A stretch of DNA of 64,000 bases from Candidatus Obscuribacteraceae bacterium (lineage in GTDB: Bacteria; Cyanobacteriota; Vampirovibrionia; Obscuribacterales; Obscuribacteraceae). Shown piece by piece: positions 40,401 to 49,667 of the stretch. Within the stretch, counting starts at the first letter, position 1, and each line of letters opens with the position of its first letter. Below the pieces are notes generated by a model, which saw only the letters and a program-made list of their open reading frames with translations, searched no databases and was not told the origin of the DNA. Where the stretch lies: positions 384,001-448,000 of the forward strand of contig JBGASG010000002.1 in assembly GCA_044229845.1 (NCBI GenBank), written 5' to 3'. The position numbers were made by a program, and so were the translations under genes.

Positions 40401-40610
40401 AATCTTGCGGGTTATCTGCGTCTCCATTTCAGAGGGCGCCGCTCCCGGTTGGGTGACCGACACCACCACAACCGGCACGTCAATGTTCGGGCTTTCATCA
40501 ATGCCCAGGTTGAAGAAGCAAAACAAACCGGCAATGGTCAGCAACAGGAAAAGAACTATGACGGGCACCGGATGGTGAATCGACCACTCCGATATGCGCC
40601 TGAAATCCAT
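37488..40610 (-). CDS. RND efflux permease (AcrB/MdtC family)
   Basis: 1040 aa; PGAAPSEME, IGVLVDDAIV, KNAILLVEY, RMRPILMTT. Confidence 0.97.
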   Translation of the reverse strand: MDFRRISEWSIHHPVPVIVLFLLLTIAGLFCFFNLGIDESPNIDVPVVVVSVTQPGAAPSEMETQITRKIEDSVAGIGNIKHINSTVNEGASATTIEFELGTNIDRAVNDVRNEVSKVRMQLPQGIDEPIIQRVDFVGGPFVTYTVESPTRSLEDLSWVVDNDIARALLSVKGVGQIQRSGGIDREVRINLDPARLESLGITADQVNLQVKAMNIDLPGGRGELGPSEQTIRTLGSATNVDQLRAQQIMLPNGKFARLDTLGEVKDGFGDRRQLSLLNGKQVVSFSVVRSFGSNMVDVMRGVEARLTELEKTLPKDVKVTKIRTEAKFVEQSYEACMDHLILGAVLAVIVIWFFLKDWRAALISAVAMPLSLIPTFAVMKILGYTLNNMSLLGLSLVIGVLVDDAIVEVENIIRHMAMGKKPFQASLEAADEIGLAVVATTMTIVVVFVPVSFMGGIPGQFLKQFGATVAVAVLFSLLVARMLTPLMAAYWLKSGHEEEHMSGKAMRIYDGMLAWALSHRGMTVAIAVAFFVVSIALFRTMPTSVIGNVDRGETLLQVELPPGSSLEQSEAVTQELTRILLKRSEVQQVYASIGTATAGRGRNTGSAGEVHKSNVYIALKPRDQRKLNQAEFERDVRPQLLAVPGARLAFNRLMGISGKLKIVLTSNDDQDLRQTAEQLETQMRGVPGISDIVSSLSLQRPELLVKPDFDRAAEQGVSVTSIARTALIATIGDIDANLAKFNLSDRQINIRVELDPRYRNDLHVLSDLRVSGKNGRLVPLNSVAHTSFGSGPSQINRLDRARQVTIEASIDPNFTLGQALVAVHNLPAYKQKPLSVIDTPQGDVEIQKDIFTGFGQALSAAVMLIYAVLVLLFNGFLHPFAIMMSLPLALGGALMALILGHQSLGFYALIGIVMLMGLVTKNAILLVEYCLMAMHSGVDRHTAIVRSGEARMRPILMTTVAMIAGMLPIALGLGAGAEARQPMAICVIGGLITSTLLTLIVVPVVFTYVDDLGRFIARKFRHRSPAEEPSQARPSVNVEG

Positions 40611-40616
40611 AACGGA

Positions 40617-42137
40617 CTACCTCGATTCCTCTTTCGGCGACGACTGTGGAGCTGCGATCTGCTTATCCAGCCCCAGCGGCGTCAGCGGCAAAGCATCCGC
40701 CACCCGCACCATGTCACCGTCTTTCAAGAATGCCGCGCCAGCCAGCACCACTTTCTGTCCCGGCTGCAGCCCGCTCGTAATTTCCACCTGCTCATTGGTG
40801 CGGGCACCGATCGTGACGGCGGTGCGCACCACTTTATCGCCGCTCAATATGAAGACGAAATATCTCGAGTCGCGAGCAATCACAGCATCGCCCGGCACCA
40901 CGATTGCCGGATGTTCAGGCAGCAAAAGCGAGCCTTTGCAAAACATGCCGGCCACCAGCCCCTGATCGGCGGGCACCGCCACGCGCAGCATGCCCAGGCG
41001 TGTATCCGGATCTACTTCCGGCACCACCAGAGTCACGGTACCTTCAATCATCTTGCCGTCGGCGCGCTGCAATTGGACCTTCATGCCGGGAGCCGCCTTT
41101 AGCAGATCGCGTTCGGGCACAGCGGCCCGCATCTCCAGTTTTCCCTGGCGAGCCATGCGGAAAAGCACGGCGCCTACTTGCGGTGTATCGCCGACATGCG
41201 TCAACCGGCGCGTGATCAAACCGTCGTCGGGCGCGGTGATGATCGTTTGCGCAATCAAGCTGGAGAGTCGTTCGACTTCCGCTTTTTGCTCGGCGACTTG
41301 CGCTTGGGCCATCAAGATATCTTCCGCACGGCCGCCGACTTCCGCCATATCGAGTTTTTCTTTGGCTTGTTTGGCTACGAAATCGGAAGCTTCGACGCCT
41401 TGCTCGGCACTGCCGATTTCGGCATGAGCCACTTTGGCTTGCGTATCTCTGGTCTCAGCTTCTTGCGAAGAAATTGCCCCTTGCTGCGCCAGTGAAATGG
41501 CTCGGTCAGCGTTATCGCGCAGGTTTTTGAAATTGTGCTTCGCCTGCACGAGCGCGGCTTTCGAGCGTTCTATGTTCGCCCTGGCCTGCGCCAGCGCAGC
41601 TCTCAGTCCGGCAATATCTTGTTGACGGTTAGGCTGGCGCGCCTTTATCAAAGCAGCTTCATTCGCCGCCAGGCGAGCCCTCGCTTGCGACAACTGAGCG
41701 CGCAAAACAGAAGAGTTGAGAGTAGCCAGCACCTGTCCTTTGTGAACGGTGGCGCCCTCTTCGACGGTGACAGTTTGAACGCGCAGGTTGCCGATTTCGC
41801 AGGCAATCTGAGTGGGATCCCACGGCCAGATCGAACCGGTGATCAAAACTTCTTCCGGCATGGATTTTTGGATCGCACCGGTAGTGGTGACGGTGAGAAC
41901 CGGCTTGGCTACGTGAGTCTCGCTCTTCTTGCCGCCCAGCAGGAAGAAGCCGACGGCAGCGGCGGCCGCGAAAACTGCGATGGCTGCGACGATAGCCACC
42001 CAGCGCAACTTGCTCGATGATTTCTCACCAGCAACTTGCTTGGCTCGCAGCATCATGTCGTCCATAAAGCCTTTGGGAGGGGACGAACTGGCATTGGCAC
42101 CGCTTTCGGTATCAGGCTTAGTTCTGCCGGTCGTCAT
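40617..42137 (-). CDS. RND periplasmic adaptor (MFP)
   Basis: TM anchor, lipoyl-like motifs (VEEGATVHKGQVLA; ITAPDDG), long coiled-coil hairpin; start uncertain. Confidence 0.93.
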   Translation of the reverse strand: MTTGRTKPDTESGANASSSPPKGFMDDMMLRAKQVAGEKSSSKLRWVAIVAAIAVFAAAAAVGFFLLGGKKSETHVAKPVLTVTTTGAIQKSMPEEVLITGSIWPWDPTQIACEIGNLRVQTVTVEEGATVHKGQVLATLNSSVLRAQLSQARARLAANEAALIKARQPNRQQDIAGLRAALAQARANIERSKAALVQAKHNFKNLRDNADRAISLAQQGAISSQEAETRDTQAKVAHAEIGSAEQGVEASDFVAKQAKEKLDMAEVGGRAEDILMAQAQVAEQKAEVERLSSLIAQTIITAPDDGLITRRLTHVGDTPQVGAVLFRMARQGKLEMRAAVPERDLLKAAPGMKVQLQRADGKMIEGTVTLVVPEVDPDTRLGMLRVAVPADQGLVAGMFCKGSLLLPEHPAIVVPGDAVIARDSRYFVFILSGDKVVRTAVTIGARTNEQVEITSGLQPGQKVVLAGAAFLKDGDMVRVADALPLTPLGLDKQIAAPQSSPKEESR

Positions 42138-42753
42138 GGGTGAGGAATCCGTGGAATGTGATGTCGATAATTTCATCGGCTGCCGATGCCAGCGGTTGCT
42201 GGCGGTTGTAATAATGAGTGAAAAGCGCGCCATACAAAGAGCAGCTAATCACGTTGGTCACTCGGGCTACCGGCATGCGCCGCACGCGCCCGCTGTCCAT
42301 CAGGTCTTCGATCAGTTTCTGCCAGACACCGATGTTGCGCGCGCGATACTGCACAAAGGTAGGTTCTTTGCGATTACGAAACTCAGCTCTCTCTTGGATG
42401 ATCAATTCCAGAAGTTCCGGGTGATCATCGAAGAATGTCAGAAAGGCAGATACGGCTGTACGAATTCGCAAAAGCGGTTCTTCCACGGGCGTCGCTGCCT
42501 CAGCAATCCATTGCTGGAGCAGTTGCATGGCGCGATCGACCGCTGCGTGAAACATCTCTTCCTTGGAAGAGAAGTAACGGTACAACGTCCCTTTTGCTAT
42601 CTTGAGCTCGGCAGCAACGCTCTCCAGATCAGTATTTGGATAGCCTTTGTCAGCCCACAGCCGCGTGGCGGCGACCAATATTTCCTCCCGCCTTCTTTGC
42701 GGAAGCGATTCATCTCTCGGGCGGCCTGGCGACCTTTGCGGCAGAGTTTGCAT
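42118..42753 (-). CDS. TetR/AcrR family regulator
   Basis: ILVAATRLWADKGY...VAAELKIAKGTLYRYFSSKEEM HTH; first gene of the efflux cluster. Confidence 0.96.
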   Translation of the reverse strand: MQTLPQRSPGRPRDESLPQRRREEILVAATRLWADKGYPNTDLESVAAELKIAKGTLYRYFSSKEEMFHAAVDRAMQLLQQWIAEAATPVEEPLLRIRTAVSAFLTFFDDHPELLELIIQERAEFRNRKEPTFVQYRARNIGVWQKLIEDLMDSGRVRRMPVARVTNVISCSLYGALFTHYYNRQQPLASAADEIIDITFHGFLTHDDRQN

Positions 42754-42770
42754 AGCACAGGGTTAATTTA

Positions 42771-42792
42771 GTGACCGTTCAGTCACATTATA
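42771..42792 (-). promoter_or_regulatory. Putative TetR operator next to a -10 box
   Basis: GTGAC-cgttca-GTCAC inverted repeat (42771-42786) abuts a minus-strand TATAAT (42787-42792) just upstream of tetR. Confidence 0.65.
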
Positions 42793-42868
42793 GCTGCGAT
42801 CGCCACACGGGGATAGGCCTGTGACGAATTTGGGCCTTCACTTCTGCTCAACTTTTGCAGCCATTTAG

Positions 42869-43372
42869 CTACTTACTACTGTCCTTGACCGCCGGCGCCG
42901 TCACTTTGCCAAAAGGAGTGACGATGGTTGAGTTGCCGTTCTTATCCGTATCAACGTTTATGTCGCCCAGTCCATCGATGGTCACCTTGGCGGTGCTGCC
43001 GTCGCCGTTGCCGCGAGCATGCACCTTCACGCCACCGGGAGTTTCGAGTTCGACGTCGCCTTTGCCGTCCGGACTGGACTTGCCGTGCATTTTTATTTGC
43101 GTGCCGTCGCCGGAATCCATCGTGCTGTCGACTTCCTGAACGGTCCCATCAGCGCTGCTCTTGGTCACCATGGTGGTCTTGGCGCCGCCGCCCGAGTCGA
43201 TGACTGTTGTTTCCGTCGATTTGTCGGGACTGACAGTCGTAGTGACAGTCGGATCACCGGTAATTGCATTGTTCGCCGTTGGCTGTCCCCCACCGCAGCC
43301 GGAGAGGCATACACAGGCCCCGGAGACGAATAAGGTCAATGCGACCACGTTAAGCGCTCGACTGCTGATCAT
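42869..43372 (-). CDS. Hypothetical lipoprotein
   Basis: LSGC lipobox; Thr/Gly/Asp-rich sequence. Confidence 0.75.
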   Translation of the reverse strand: MISSRALNVVALTLFVSGACVCLSGCGGGQPTANNAITGDPTVTTTVSPDKSTETTVIDSGGGAKTTMVTKSSADGTVQEVDSTMDSGDGTQIKMHGKSSPDGKGDVELETPGGVKVHARGNGDGSTAKVTIDGLGDINVDTDKNGNSTIVTPFGKVTAPAVKDSSK

Positions 43373-43426
43373 TTGAAAAGCCTCACAAAATCAAATTGCC
43401 AGCATAGTATAGCTGCTTGCATTTGC

Positions 43427-44236
43427 TTAACCCAGTCCGTCCACCTTTTTCTGCGCTGCTGCCAAACGTCCTTCCGCAGCCCGCAAAGCTGCCTGCCTCA
43501 CCTCTGAGTCGTTGCGACTGACTGCTCCTTGATCGAAGAGATAAGAATAAGTACTGGCGTCCTTTTTCGCTACCGCAACAGCTTCCTTGGCTTTCGCCAG
43601 TTCGTTCTGAGCGAGGCGCGCCGCCTCCTTCGCCTCAGCAAGCTTTACAGCAGCCAGACGTTTTGCCTCGACCGGATCGACTCTGGCGATCGCTTGCCCG
43701 CTTGTGCGAGAGGGCCCGATGGCAATCAACTTGCCATTACGGGCGATACCATCAAGAAACGGTGTCGGATCGCAAATGACACCGTTTCTCTTCACTGTGA
43801 AGTGCACATGCACCCCGGTCGAGCGTCCGGTCGAACCAGCATAGCCAATCGTTTCCCCCTTCTCGACCCGGTCTCCGGCGGCAACAGCCAGACCGTTCAG
43901 GTGCCCGTAGATCGTCGAGATGCCCGAGCTTTGATCCAATACCTCAACAGCATTCCCCAGTAATCCGCGCGCACCGGCTTGCACGACAACACCGGACATT
44001 ACGGTGTGCACGCGCTGATTGAGGGTAGCAGCCAGATCTAGACCAGTGTGAAAATCTTCTGCGCGCGTAACTGGATGCACGCGCAAACCAAATCCCGAGG
44101 TCACTCTCGTATCGGCGACCGGAAACAGAAGCCGCACGGCAGCCTCTGCCGGCGTCCAGAAGGTCACGGCGCCGGAGACCGTCAATAAGGAGCTGAGGAG
44201 GGCAAAAATTCGCAAGCGGTGTCTTGTCTTATTCAT
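43427..44236 (-). CDS. M23 family peptidase with C-terminal coiled coil
   Basis: TSGFGLRVHP, HTGLDL, YGHL, GSTGRSTGVHVHF. Confidence 0.92.
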   Translation of the reverse strand: MNKTRHRLRIFALLSSLLTVSGAVTFWTPAEAAVRLLFPVADTRVTSGFGLRVHPVTRAEDFHTGLDLAATLNQRVHTVMSGVVVQAGARGLLGNAVEVLDQSSGISTIYGHLNGLAVAAGDRVEKGETIGYAGSTGRSTGVHVHFTVKRNGVICDPTPFLDGIARNGKLIAIGPSRTSGQAIARVDPVEAKRLAAVKLAEAKEAARLAQNELAKAKEAVAVAKKDASTYSYLFDQGAVSRNDSEVRQAALRAAEGRLAAAQKKVDGLG

Positions 44237-44346
44237 ATATATCTTTCGACGGTCAGAACTCCGCATGTTCCCGCTGTCGCCATTTGCGATCCGAATACTG
44301 AAGATGGTGCTAACATCTACAACTCATATACGAGGGAGGGCTTCAT

Positions 44347-44820
44347 ATGACTACGCCGCAAAGCGCAACAGTTGTCCTGCACGTGGGAGACAAGGCGCCC
44401 AAGTTCTCACTGCCGGCTCATCCGGGCGGAACCATTTCGCTTGATGACTTCAGCGGCAAGAAGAATGTCGTACTGGCCTTTTATCCCAAAGACGACACGC
44501 CCGGTTGCACTAAAGAAATGTGCAACTTTTCGGAAAACCTTGACGAATTCAACAATGCCGAGACTCAAGTGCTGGGCATCTCATGCGACAACGTCGCCAG
44601 CCATGAGAAGTTCTCCAGCAAGTTCAGCTTGAAGCAGCCCTTGCTCGCTGACGAAGCAGGAAAAGTCGGCGCCGCCTATGGCACCGTTCGCGAAGGCAAA
44701 AGCACAGCCGCGCGCGTTCTGTTTGTGATCGATAAACAAGGCACCATCCGCCACATAGAGGAAGGCATTCCGGACAACCAAAAACTGTTGTCTGTTCTCA
44801 AAGGGCTCACCAACAGTTAG
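44347..44820 (+). CDS. bcp: Peroxiredoxin, BCP/PrxQ type
   Basis: FYPKDDTPGCTKEMC; GGGAGG RBS. Confidence 0.93.
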   Translation: MTTPQSATVVLHVGDKAPKFSLPAHPGGTISLDDFSGKKNVVLAFYPKDDTPGCTKEMCNFSENLDEFNNAETQVLGISCDNVASHEKFSSKFSLKQPLLADEAGKVGAAYGTVREGKSTAARVLFVIDKQGTIRHIEEGIPDNQKLLSVLKGLTNS

Positions 44821-44822
44821 TG

Positions 44823-45200
44823 TTATCTGCCGCTGTCCACCACGGGTCCGAGCGCCTGCACTATGGTGACAATCGCCGGTCCGAGAGCAGACACTGCAAT
44901 AGATGACAGTGTCTGCGGCCCGACTATAAACAGAATCAGCAGAATCCAGACCACAGGTTTTTGCGAACGTTGCAAGAAAAACCAGGTCACTGCGCTGATA
45001 GCCAGCCCGACCAGAAGCACACCAATCATAACCGGTCCGGCAATCGGATGGCGAAACATCGGCATGAGATAGCCGGGCACCAGGACCAATTGCAAAACAA
45101 AGAATATCCAGGGCACCGACACGGCTCCCACAGCACCAATTCGCCTCGCTGTGAGATTGTCTGCAGCGGCTGTCACCGACGATGGCATCTGATCTGTCAT
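44823..45200 (-). CDS. Hypothetical membrane protein
   Basis: About three hydrophobic segments in 125 aa. Confidence 0.7.
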   Translation of the reverse strand: MTDQMPSSVTAAADNLTARRIGAVGAVSVPWIFFVLQLVLVPGYLMPMFRHPIAGPVMIGVLLVGLAISAVTWFFLQRSQKPVVWILLILFIVGPQTLSSIAVSALGPAIVTIVQALGPVVDSGR

Positions 45201-45209
45201 ATTTGGCCT

Positions 45210-45818
45210 CTACTTCTCTGGCTCGGACTTTGTCTTTGAATCCAGTATGGAATTCGCGTGCCGATCAGCAGGCGCGGTATCACCGGCGGTGATCAGCACA
45301 GACTGTCCAATTGACTGAAATGTCTTTTCCATACTCTTGTATGAGTCTTCGGGCGCGGTACAAGTGACGGCGTAGCCGGTTCCATGGGCAACAAAGAGCA
45401 TCATGTATTGCTTGATCTTGAGCGGGTTATTGTCTTGTCCCGGCAATTCTTGCCCAATCACCAGCAAATGCCCGTGGCCGTTCTTCAAGGCTACAGCTTC
45501 GTCAGTTTCAAGTTTCAAGTTCTGCCCAAAAACATGCCGGAGCGCCTGCAAATTGACGGCGGCAAACTCCTCGCTGCTGACATTGCCGGCTGACTTGTCC
45601 GCAATGACAATCAAGTTGGCTTCGCCTCCGGGCGCCTTGGCCCGCAAAATTTGCGGGGCGCCGGGCTCCTGCTCGCGCTCCCAGGAAGATGGAAACTGCA
45701 AAGAAAAGTTCTGATCGCAAAATGAGGCGGTATTGCCGGCACCGGCTTCCGCAACCGTCGTCAGCGCCAACCACAACGCGAAAGCCGCACCGGTAGCCGG
45801 TTTCTTCCAGACTGGCAT
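45210..45818 (-). CDS. Secreted PsbP/DcrB-like protein
   Basis: Signal peptide, FSLQFPSSW, GYAVTCTA...FQSIGQS pattern; fold call tentative. Confidence 0.7.
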   Translation of the reverse strand: MPVWKKPATGAAFALWLALTTVAEAGAGNTASFCDQNFSLQFPSSWEREQEPGAPQILRAKAPGGEANLIVIADKSAGNVSSEEFAAVNLQALRHVFGQNLKLETDEAVALKNGHGHLLVIGQELPGQDNNPLKIKQYMMLFVAHGTGYAVTCTAPEDSYKSMEKTFQSIGQSVLITAGDTAPADRHANSILDSKTKSEPEK

Positions 45819-45861
45819 GCTCAGGCCCTCAAGACTTTCGTCGCGGCCGTTATGATATCAG

Positions 45862-47973
45862 TTATTTGCTCGCGCCGGCCCTGGTGAGATCATCGACAAC
45901 GATCTGTTGCGTCACCACTTCAGGCAACACGATGGGCGCCGTCGGGTTATTGCCTGGAAAAATCACATAGAGCGGCACACCGGAGCGCCCAAACTTCTTC
46001 AGGATGGCGGTTATCTGGTCATCTTGATGAGTCCAGTCAGCTCTCATGGTGACAACGTTCAATGCTTTGAACTTTTCCAGGACGGGCGGCGTGTTGATCA
46101 CTTGCGACTCGTTTACTTTGCAGGTCAGGCACCAGTCGGCGGTGAAATCGACAAACACAGTCTTGCCGGCAGCCAGATTGGCATCCAGCTTTTCGATGCT
46201 GAAGGGTTCCCACTTGATGCCCTCGCTCCCCTCAGGCATCGTCACACTGTTGGCATACTGCACGGGAGCCTGCAGCTGTTTGTCGGGAGTAGCGACGGCA
46301 GGGCTGGCGGACAACAATTGCGGATAAGGAAGCAACAGGAATTGAGCCCCCAATCCGGTGATACCGAGAGCGATGGCATAGACAATCGCTTTGCGCTTGG
46401 TTGTAGAGGTGAGGTCAGTGAACCGACCGACGATCCAGACGGCGAACGACAGCACCACCAGAAACCCGGCGGCGCAGATGGCGGCGGTTGTTCCAACCTG
46501 CTGTCCGAGAACATACAGCAACCAGATTACTGTCGCCAGCATCAAGAAGCCCATTCCTTCTTTGAACTTCTCCATCCAGACGCCCGGCTTCGGCATGTAC
46601 TTCATCCAGGCCGGGTTGGCGGTCAAAATCACATAGGGAAACGACATCCCGAGAGACACGGTGAAGAACACCAGAACAATCACCCACCACGGCTGAGCAA
46701 AAGCGAAACCGAGTGCGGAGCCCAGCGCCGGAGCCGTACAGGGCGTCGAAAGTATCGTCGCCAACACGCCTTTGAAAAACGTGCCGCCCATGCCTTCTTT
46801 GCTGGCGAGCTTATCTACTTGAGCTTGTCCGGCCGTTACCTGAATATAGAACAGACCAAACATGCTGAGGGCGAAGAACAAAATTACGCACGCCATTGCG
46901 AATACGAACAACGGATATTGAAACTGGAAGCCCCAGCCAATGCGTTGACCCGCTTGCTGCAGTGCAACCACAACGCCGGCCAGTGCGAGAAACGACGAGA
47001 CGATCCCGGCTGTAAAAGTCAGCCCCAGTTGAAACACCCGTTTCGGATCTTCGCCAGCCTGCTGCATGAAGCTCAGCACTTTGATGGAGATGACAGGCAA
47101 TACACAAGGCATGAAATTCAGAATGAACCCACCCACGAATGCCAGTGCCAGCACGGTGAAGAGATTGTCCGGCTGTCCGCTGCCCTGAATTTTCAGATCC
47201 GCATCCAGGATGCTCTTGCCGGCCGATACGGTGGAAACCGGAGTAACGGATGAGGCAGGTGTAACGGATGAGACTGGCGTCACCGGCGGTGGCGAGTCGA
47301 TGGAGGCGTCATCGATCGGCGGCGGAGAATCAACGGCCAGTGCAGCATCGCTGGCTTCCGAGCTGACTTTGCCTTTAAAGCCGACCTTCGAGAAAGCTTC
47401 CTGGTTTTCTTTCACCGGCACGGTGCCGACAGCAGCGGTGGGCATCGTCAAAGCAAGTTGAGCTTTTCCAGGGATGCATTGATCTTTGCAGGCCAGCCAC
47501 TTGAGATTAGCGACCAGACAAACGTTCTTGGAGGCGATAGGTTTAGTAGGTGGAGTGATGGTGGCGGCGATCACTGTTTTTCCGTCGTAACCGTAAGTGA
47601 CAATGCCGGTATCGTTGAAGCGGGTTGGCTTCTCCCACTCGAGTTCGGACGCCTTGAAGCCCTCCGGCAACGTCCACTCGATTGTGGTCGGCATGCCGGC
47701 GTCGCCGTTTTCTTTGTAGTAGATGTGCCAGTGCGGATCAGTTGTGAATTCCACACCAACCTTGAATGGAACGCCCGGCACGATCGATTTCATATCGGCG
47801 AGCATGCGCGCATTTACATGGGCAATCGCTTTGTCGGTTTGCGATGGCAGGCAGTTGATTCCACTTGCTGCATCCGGCGCGGCCAGTGCGTTCTGTGACA
47901 GCCCAGCAAACGGCAGCAACAGGCTGAGCACGAACAACAGCAGAGCTTGTGACACAAAGCGGCGAGTTATCAT
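45862..47973 (-). CDS. dsbD: Thiol:disulfide interchange protein DsbD
   Basis: WHIY/CKDQC N-domain, MPCVLPV and TPCTAP membrane cysteines, DFTADWCLTC thioredoxin domain; start MITRR at 47973. Confidence 0.93.
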   Translation of the reverse strand: MITRRFVSQALLLFVLSLLLPFAGLSQNALAAPDAASGINCLPSQTDKAIAHVNARMLADMKSIVPGVPFKVGVEFTTDPHWHIYYKENGDAGMPTTIEWTLPEGFKASELEWEKPTRFNDTGIVTYGYDGKTVIAATITPPTKPIASKNVCLVANLKWLACKDQCIPGKAQLALTMPTAAVGTVPVKENQEAFSKVGFKGKVSSEASDAALAVDSPPPIDDASIDSPPPVTPVSSVTPASSVTPVSTVSAGKSILDADLKIQGSGQPDNLFTVLALAFVGGFILNFMPCVLPVISIKVLSFMQQAGEDPKRVFQLGLTFTAGIVSSFLALAGVVVALQQAGQRIGWGFQFQYPLFVFAMACVILFFALSMFGLFYIQVTAGQAQVDKLASKEGMGGTFFKGVLATILSTPCTAPALGSALGFAFAQPWWVIVLVFFTVSLGMSFPYVILTANPAWMKYMPKPGVWMEKFKEGMGFLMLATVIWLLYVLGQQVGTTAAICAAGFLVVLSFAVWIVGRFTDLTSTTKRKAIVYAIALGITGLGAQFLLLPYPQLLSASPAVATPDKQLQAPVQYANSVTMPEGSEGIKWEPFSIEKLDANLAAGKTVFVDFTADWCLTCKVNESQVINTPPVLEKFKALNVVTMRADWTHQDDQITAILKKFGRSGVPLYVIFPGNNPTAPIVLPEVVTQQIVVDDLTRAGASK

Positions 47974-48019
47974 CACTACTCCCAAGCGACAATAGAAGTA
48001 ATTGTATAGTCTGCCCATC

Positions 48020-49546
48020 TCATAATGTGTGATTATTTTCATCAGTAACGCCGTTCTGCCGCGCGATATCGGCGTAAAGCAGTGCGCTATTCCGCGCCTG
48101 CCGCTCGAGAGTGGGATAGGCAACGCGCACCAGTCCGAAACGCGCACGCAGTCCCTCTGCCCATTCGAAGTTGTCCAGCAAGGACCAGTGCAGATAGCCT
48201 TTGACGTTGGCACCAGCTGCGATGGCGCGGTGCATCGCCACCAGATGCGATACCAGATAGCGCGCCCTCACATCATCATCAAGAGACCAATCGCCGTCGC
48301 TCAACTCAGCCGAATAGATGTTGGCCAGTCCATTTTCTGTAATAAATATCTCGCGTAGTCGTCCCTTCGAATCGGTGCGATAGGGACGCAATCCTTCTGT
48401 GAGCAAGTCATAGAGCCCCTGCGGATAGATCTCCCAGCCCAGTCCCGACTGTTCGTTTTCCACTATGTTAGATTGCTTGCCGAACAAATCGGGCGGCCAC
48501 GATGGCTCGAACTCACAGATCTGGCGAGTGTAGTAATTGATGCCCAGGAAATCGATGCTGTCCTTGAGCCCGGCAATCGGACCGCTGAGCTTCTTGAGCG
48601 GCGCCTCCAGATTGAGCGGCCAGGGGAAGTTGAGGCGCCCGGTTTGAATCGCTTGCATGAAAATATGATTGAAGACAACATCACGCAAATAGGTCACCAG
48701 CCGATCCATGGGACTGTATTTGTTGCGCGGATAGAACGGGATCCAGTGCAATGTGAAGCTCACCTTCGCGTCCGGCTTTTGCCGATGTATTTCTTTGTAG
48801 GCAAGCGAGTGTCCCGTAAGCATGCCGCGAATAGCTTCGAAAGCTCGTCCGTAGTTGCCCGTGTAGCCCGGCGGCCAGATGCCGCAAATGTAGCCCTGAT
48901 AAGCGTAAGCCAGTGGCTCGTTGATCGTCACCCAGTAGTCGACGTATTCTCCGAACTCCTCCATGGCACGCCGGGTGAACTTCTCGAATTCTTCGATAGT
49001 GAGAGGGTTATTCCAACCACCGATCTCGGATAGCCAGCGCGGCAAACAGAAGTGGAAGAGCGTGACGAAAGTCTTGAAGCCCTGAGCCTTCAGCGTTTTT
49101 AGCACGTCTTTGTAATAGGCAATGGTCGGATTGTCCGGCGACAGACACTCTTCGCGGGTCGGATGCAGCGCCGGCCAGTTAAGGCTCATCCGAAACGAAT
49201 TCATGTTCAAACCCTTACAAAGGTCGATGTCCTGCTTGTAACGGGTGAAAAAATCGCAGGCCCGGCTGGCGTTTGAGCAATCCAGAATTTTTCCATCTTG
49301 ACCCGCCCAGGCGGCCCAGTCTGAGAGCTGGTTGGACATTTCGTCGGGATGCCCTTCGATCTGGAAATGCGACGTAGCCACACCCCACAGGAAGTTGTCC
49401 GGAAACCTGAATATGCCGGGCTTTTGGGGCTCGGACTGCGGTTCCGTTTCTGAGGTGTCGCTCGGTGTGATTCCCGGTCTGGTCTGCAAGGCAAAACCCG
49501 CTCTTAACAAGTTTCTAAAGTAAGTACCGGCTTGGCTAAGCGCCAT
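48020..49546 (-). CDS. Glycoside hydrolase family 1 (beta-glucosidase-like)
   Basis: FLWGVATSHFQIEG, TINEP, ITENG, WSLLDNFEWAEG. Confidence 0.96.
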   Translation of the reverse strand: MALSQAGTYFRNLLRAGFALQTRPGITPSDTSETEPQSEPQKPGIFRFPDNFLWGVATSHFQIEGHPDEMSNQLSDWAAWAGQDGKILDCSNASRACDFFTRYKQDIDLCKGLNMNSFRMSLNWPALHPTREECLSPDNPTIAYYKDVLKTLKAQGFKTFVTLFHFCLPRWLSEIGGWNNPLTIEEFEKFTRRAMEEFGEYVDYWVTINEPLAYAYQGYICGIWPPGYTGNYGRAFEAIRGMLTGHSLAYKEIHRQKPDAKVSFTLHWIPFYPRNKYSPMDRLVTYLRDVVFNHIFMQAIQTGRLNFPWPLNLEAPLKKLSGPIAGLKDSIDFLGINYYTRQICEFEPSWPPDLFGKQSNIVENEQSGLGWEIYPQGLYDLLTEGLRPYRTDSKGRLREIFITENGLANIYSAELSDGDWSLDDDVRARYLVSHLVAMHRAIAAGANVKGYLHWSLLDNFEWAEGLRARFGLVRVAYPTLERQARNSALLYADIARQNGVTDENNHTL

Positions 49547-49667
49547 TTCGGATGTCCGAGAAGTGACTCCACTATAATGGGTCTCCTTGAAATCGGACGG
49601 TGAGGCGTGAAAGTCGCACCACCGTTAGCTTACATCAACTAGTGTAGCAACCAGTCCTCCATCACGC

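Noticed and set aside
45907..47253. Long antisense ORFs (448 aa here; also 11466-12368 and 40248-41102)
   Set aside because: They are shadows of well-supported genes in GC-rich DNA and carry no recognisable motifs.
47974..48213. Apparent 194-bp overlap of dsbD with the GH1 gene
   Set aside because: Artefact of longest-ORF calling; the start at 47973 gives a normal signal peptide and no overlap.
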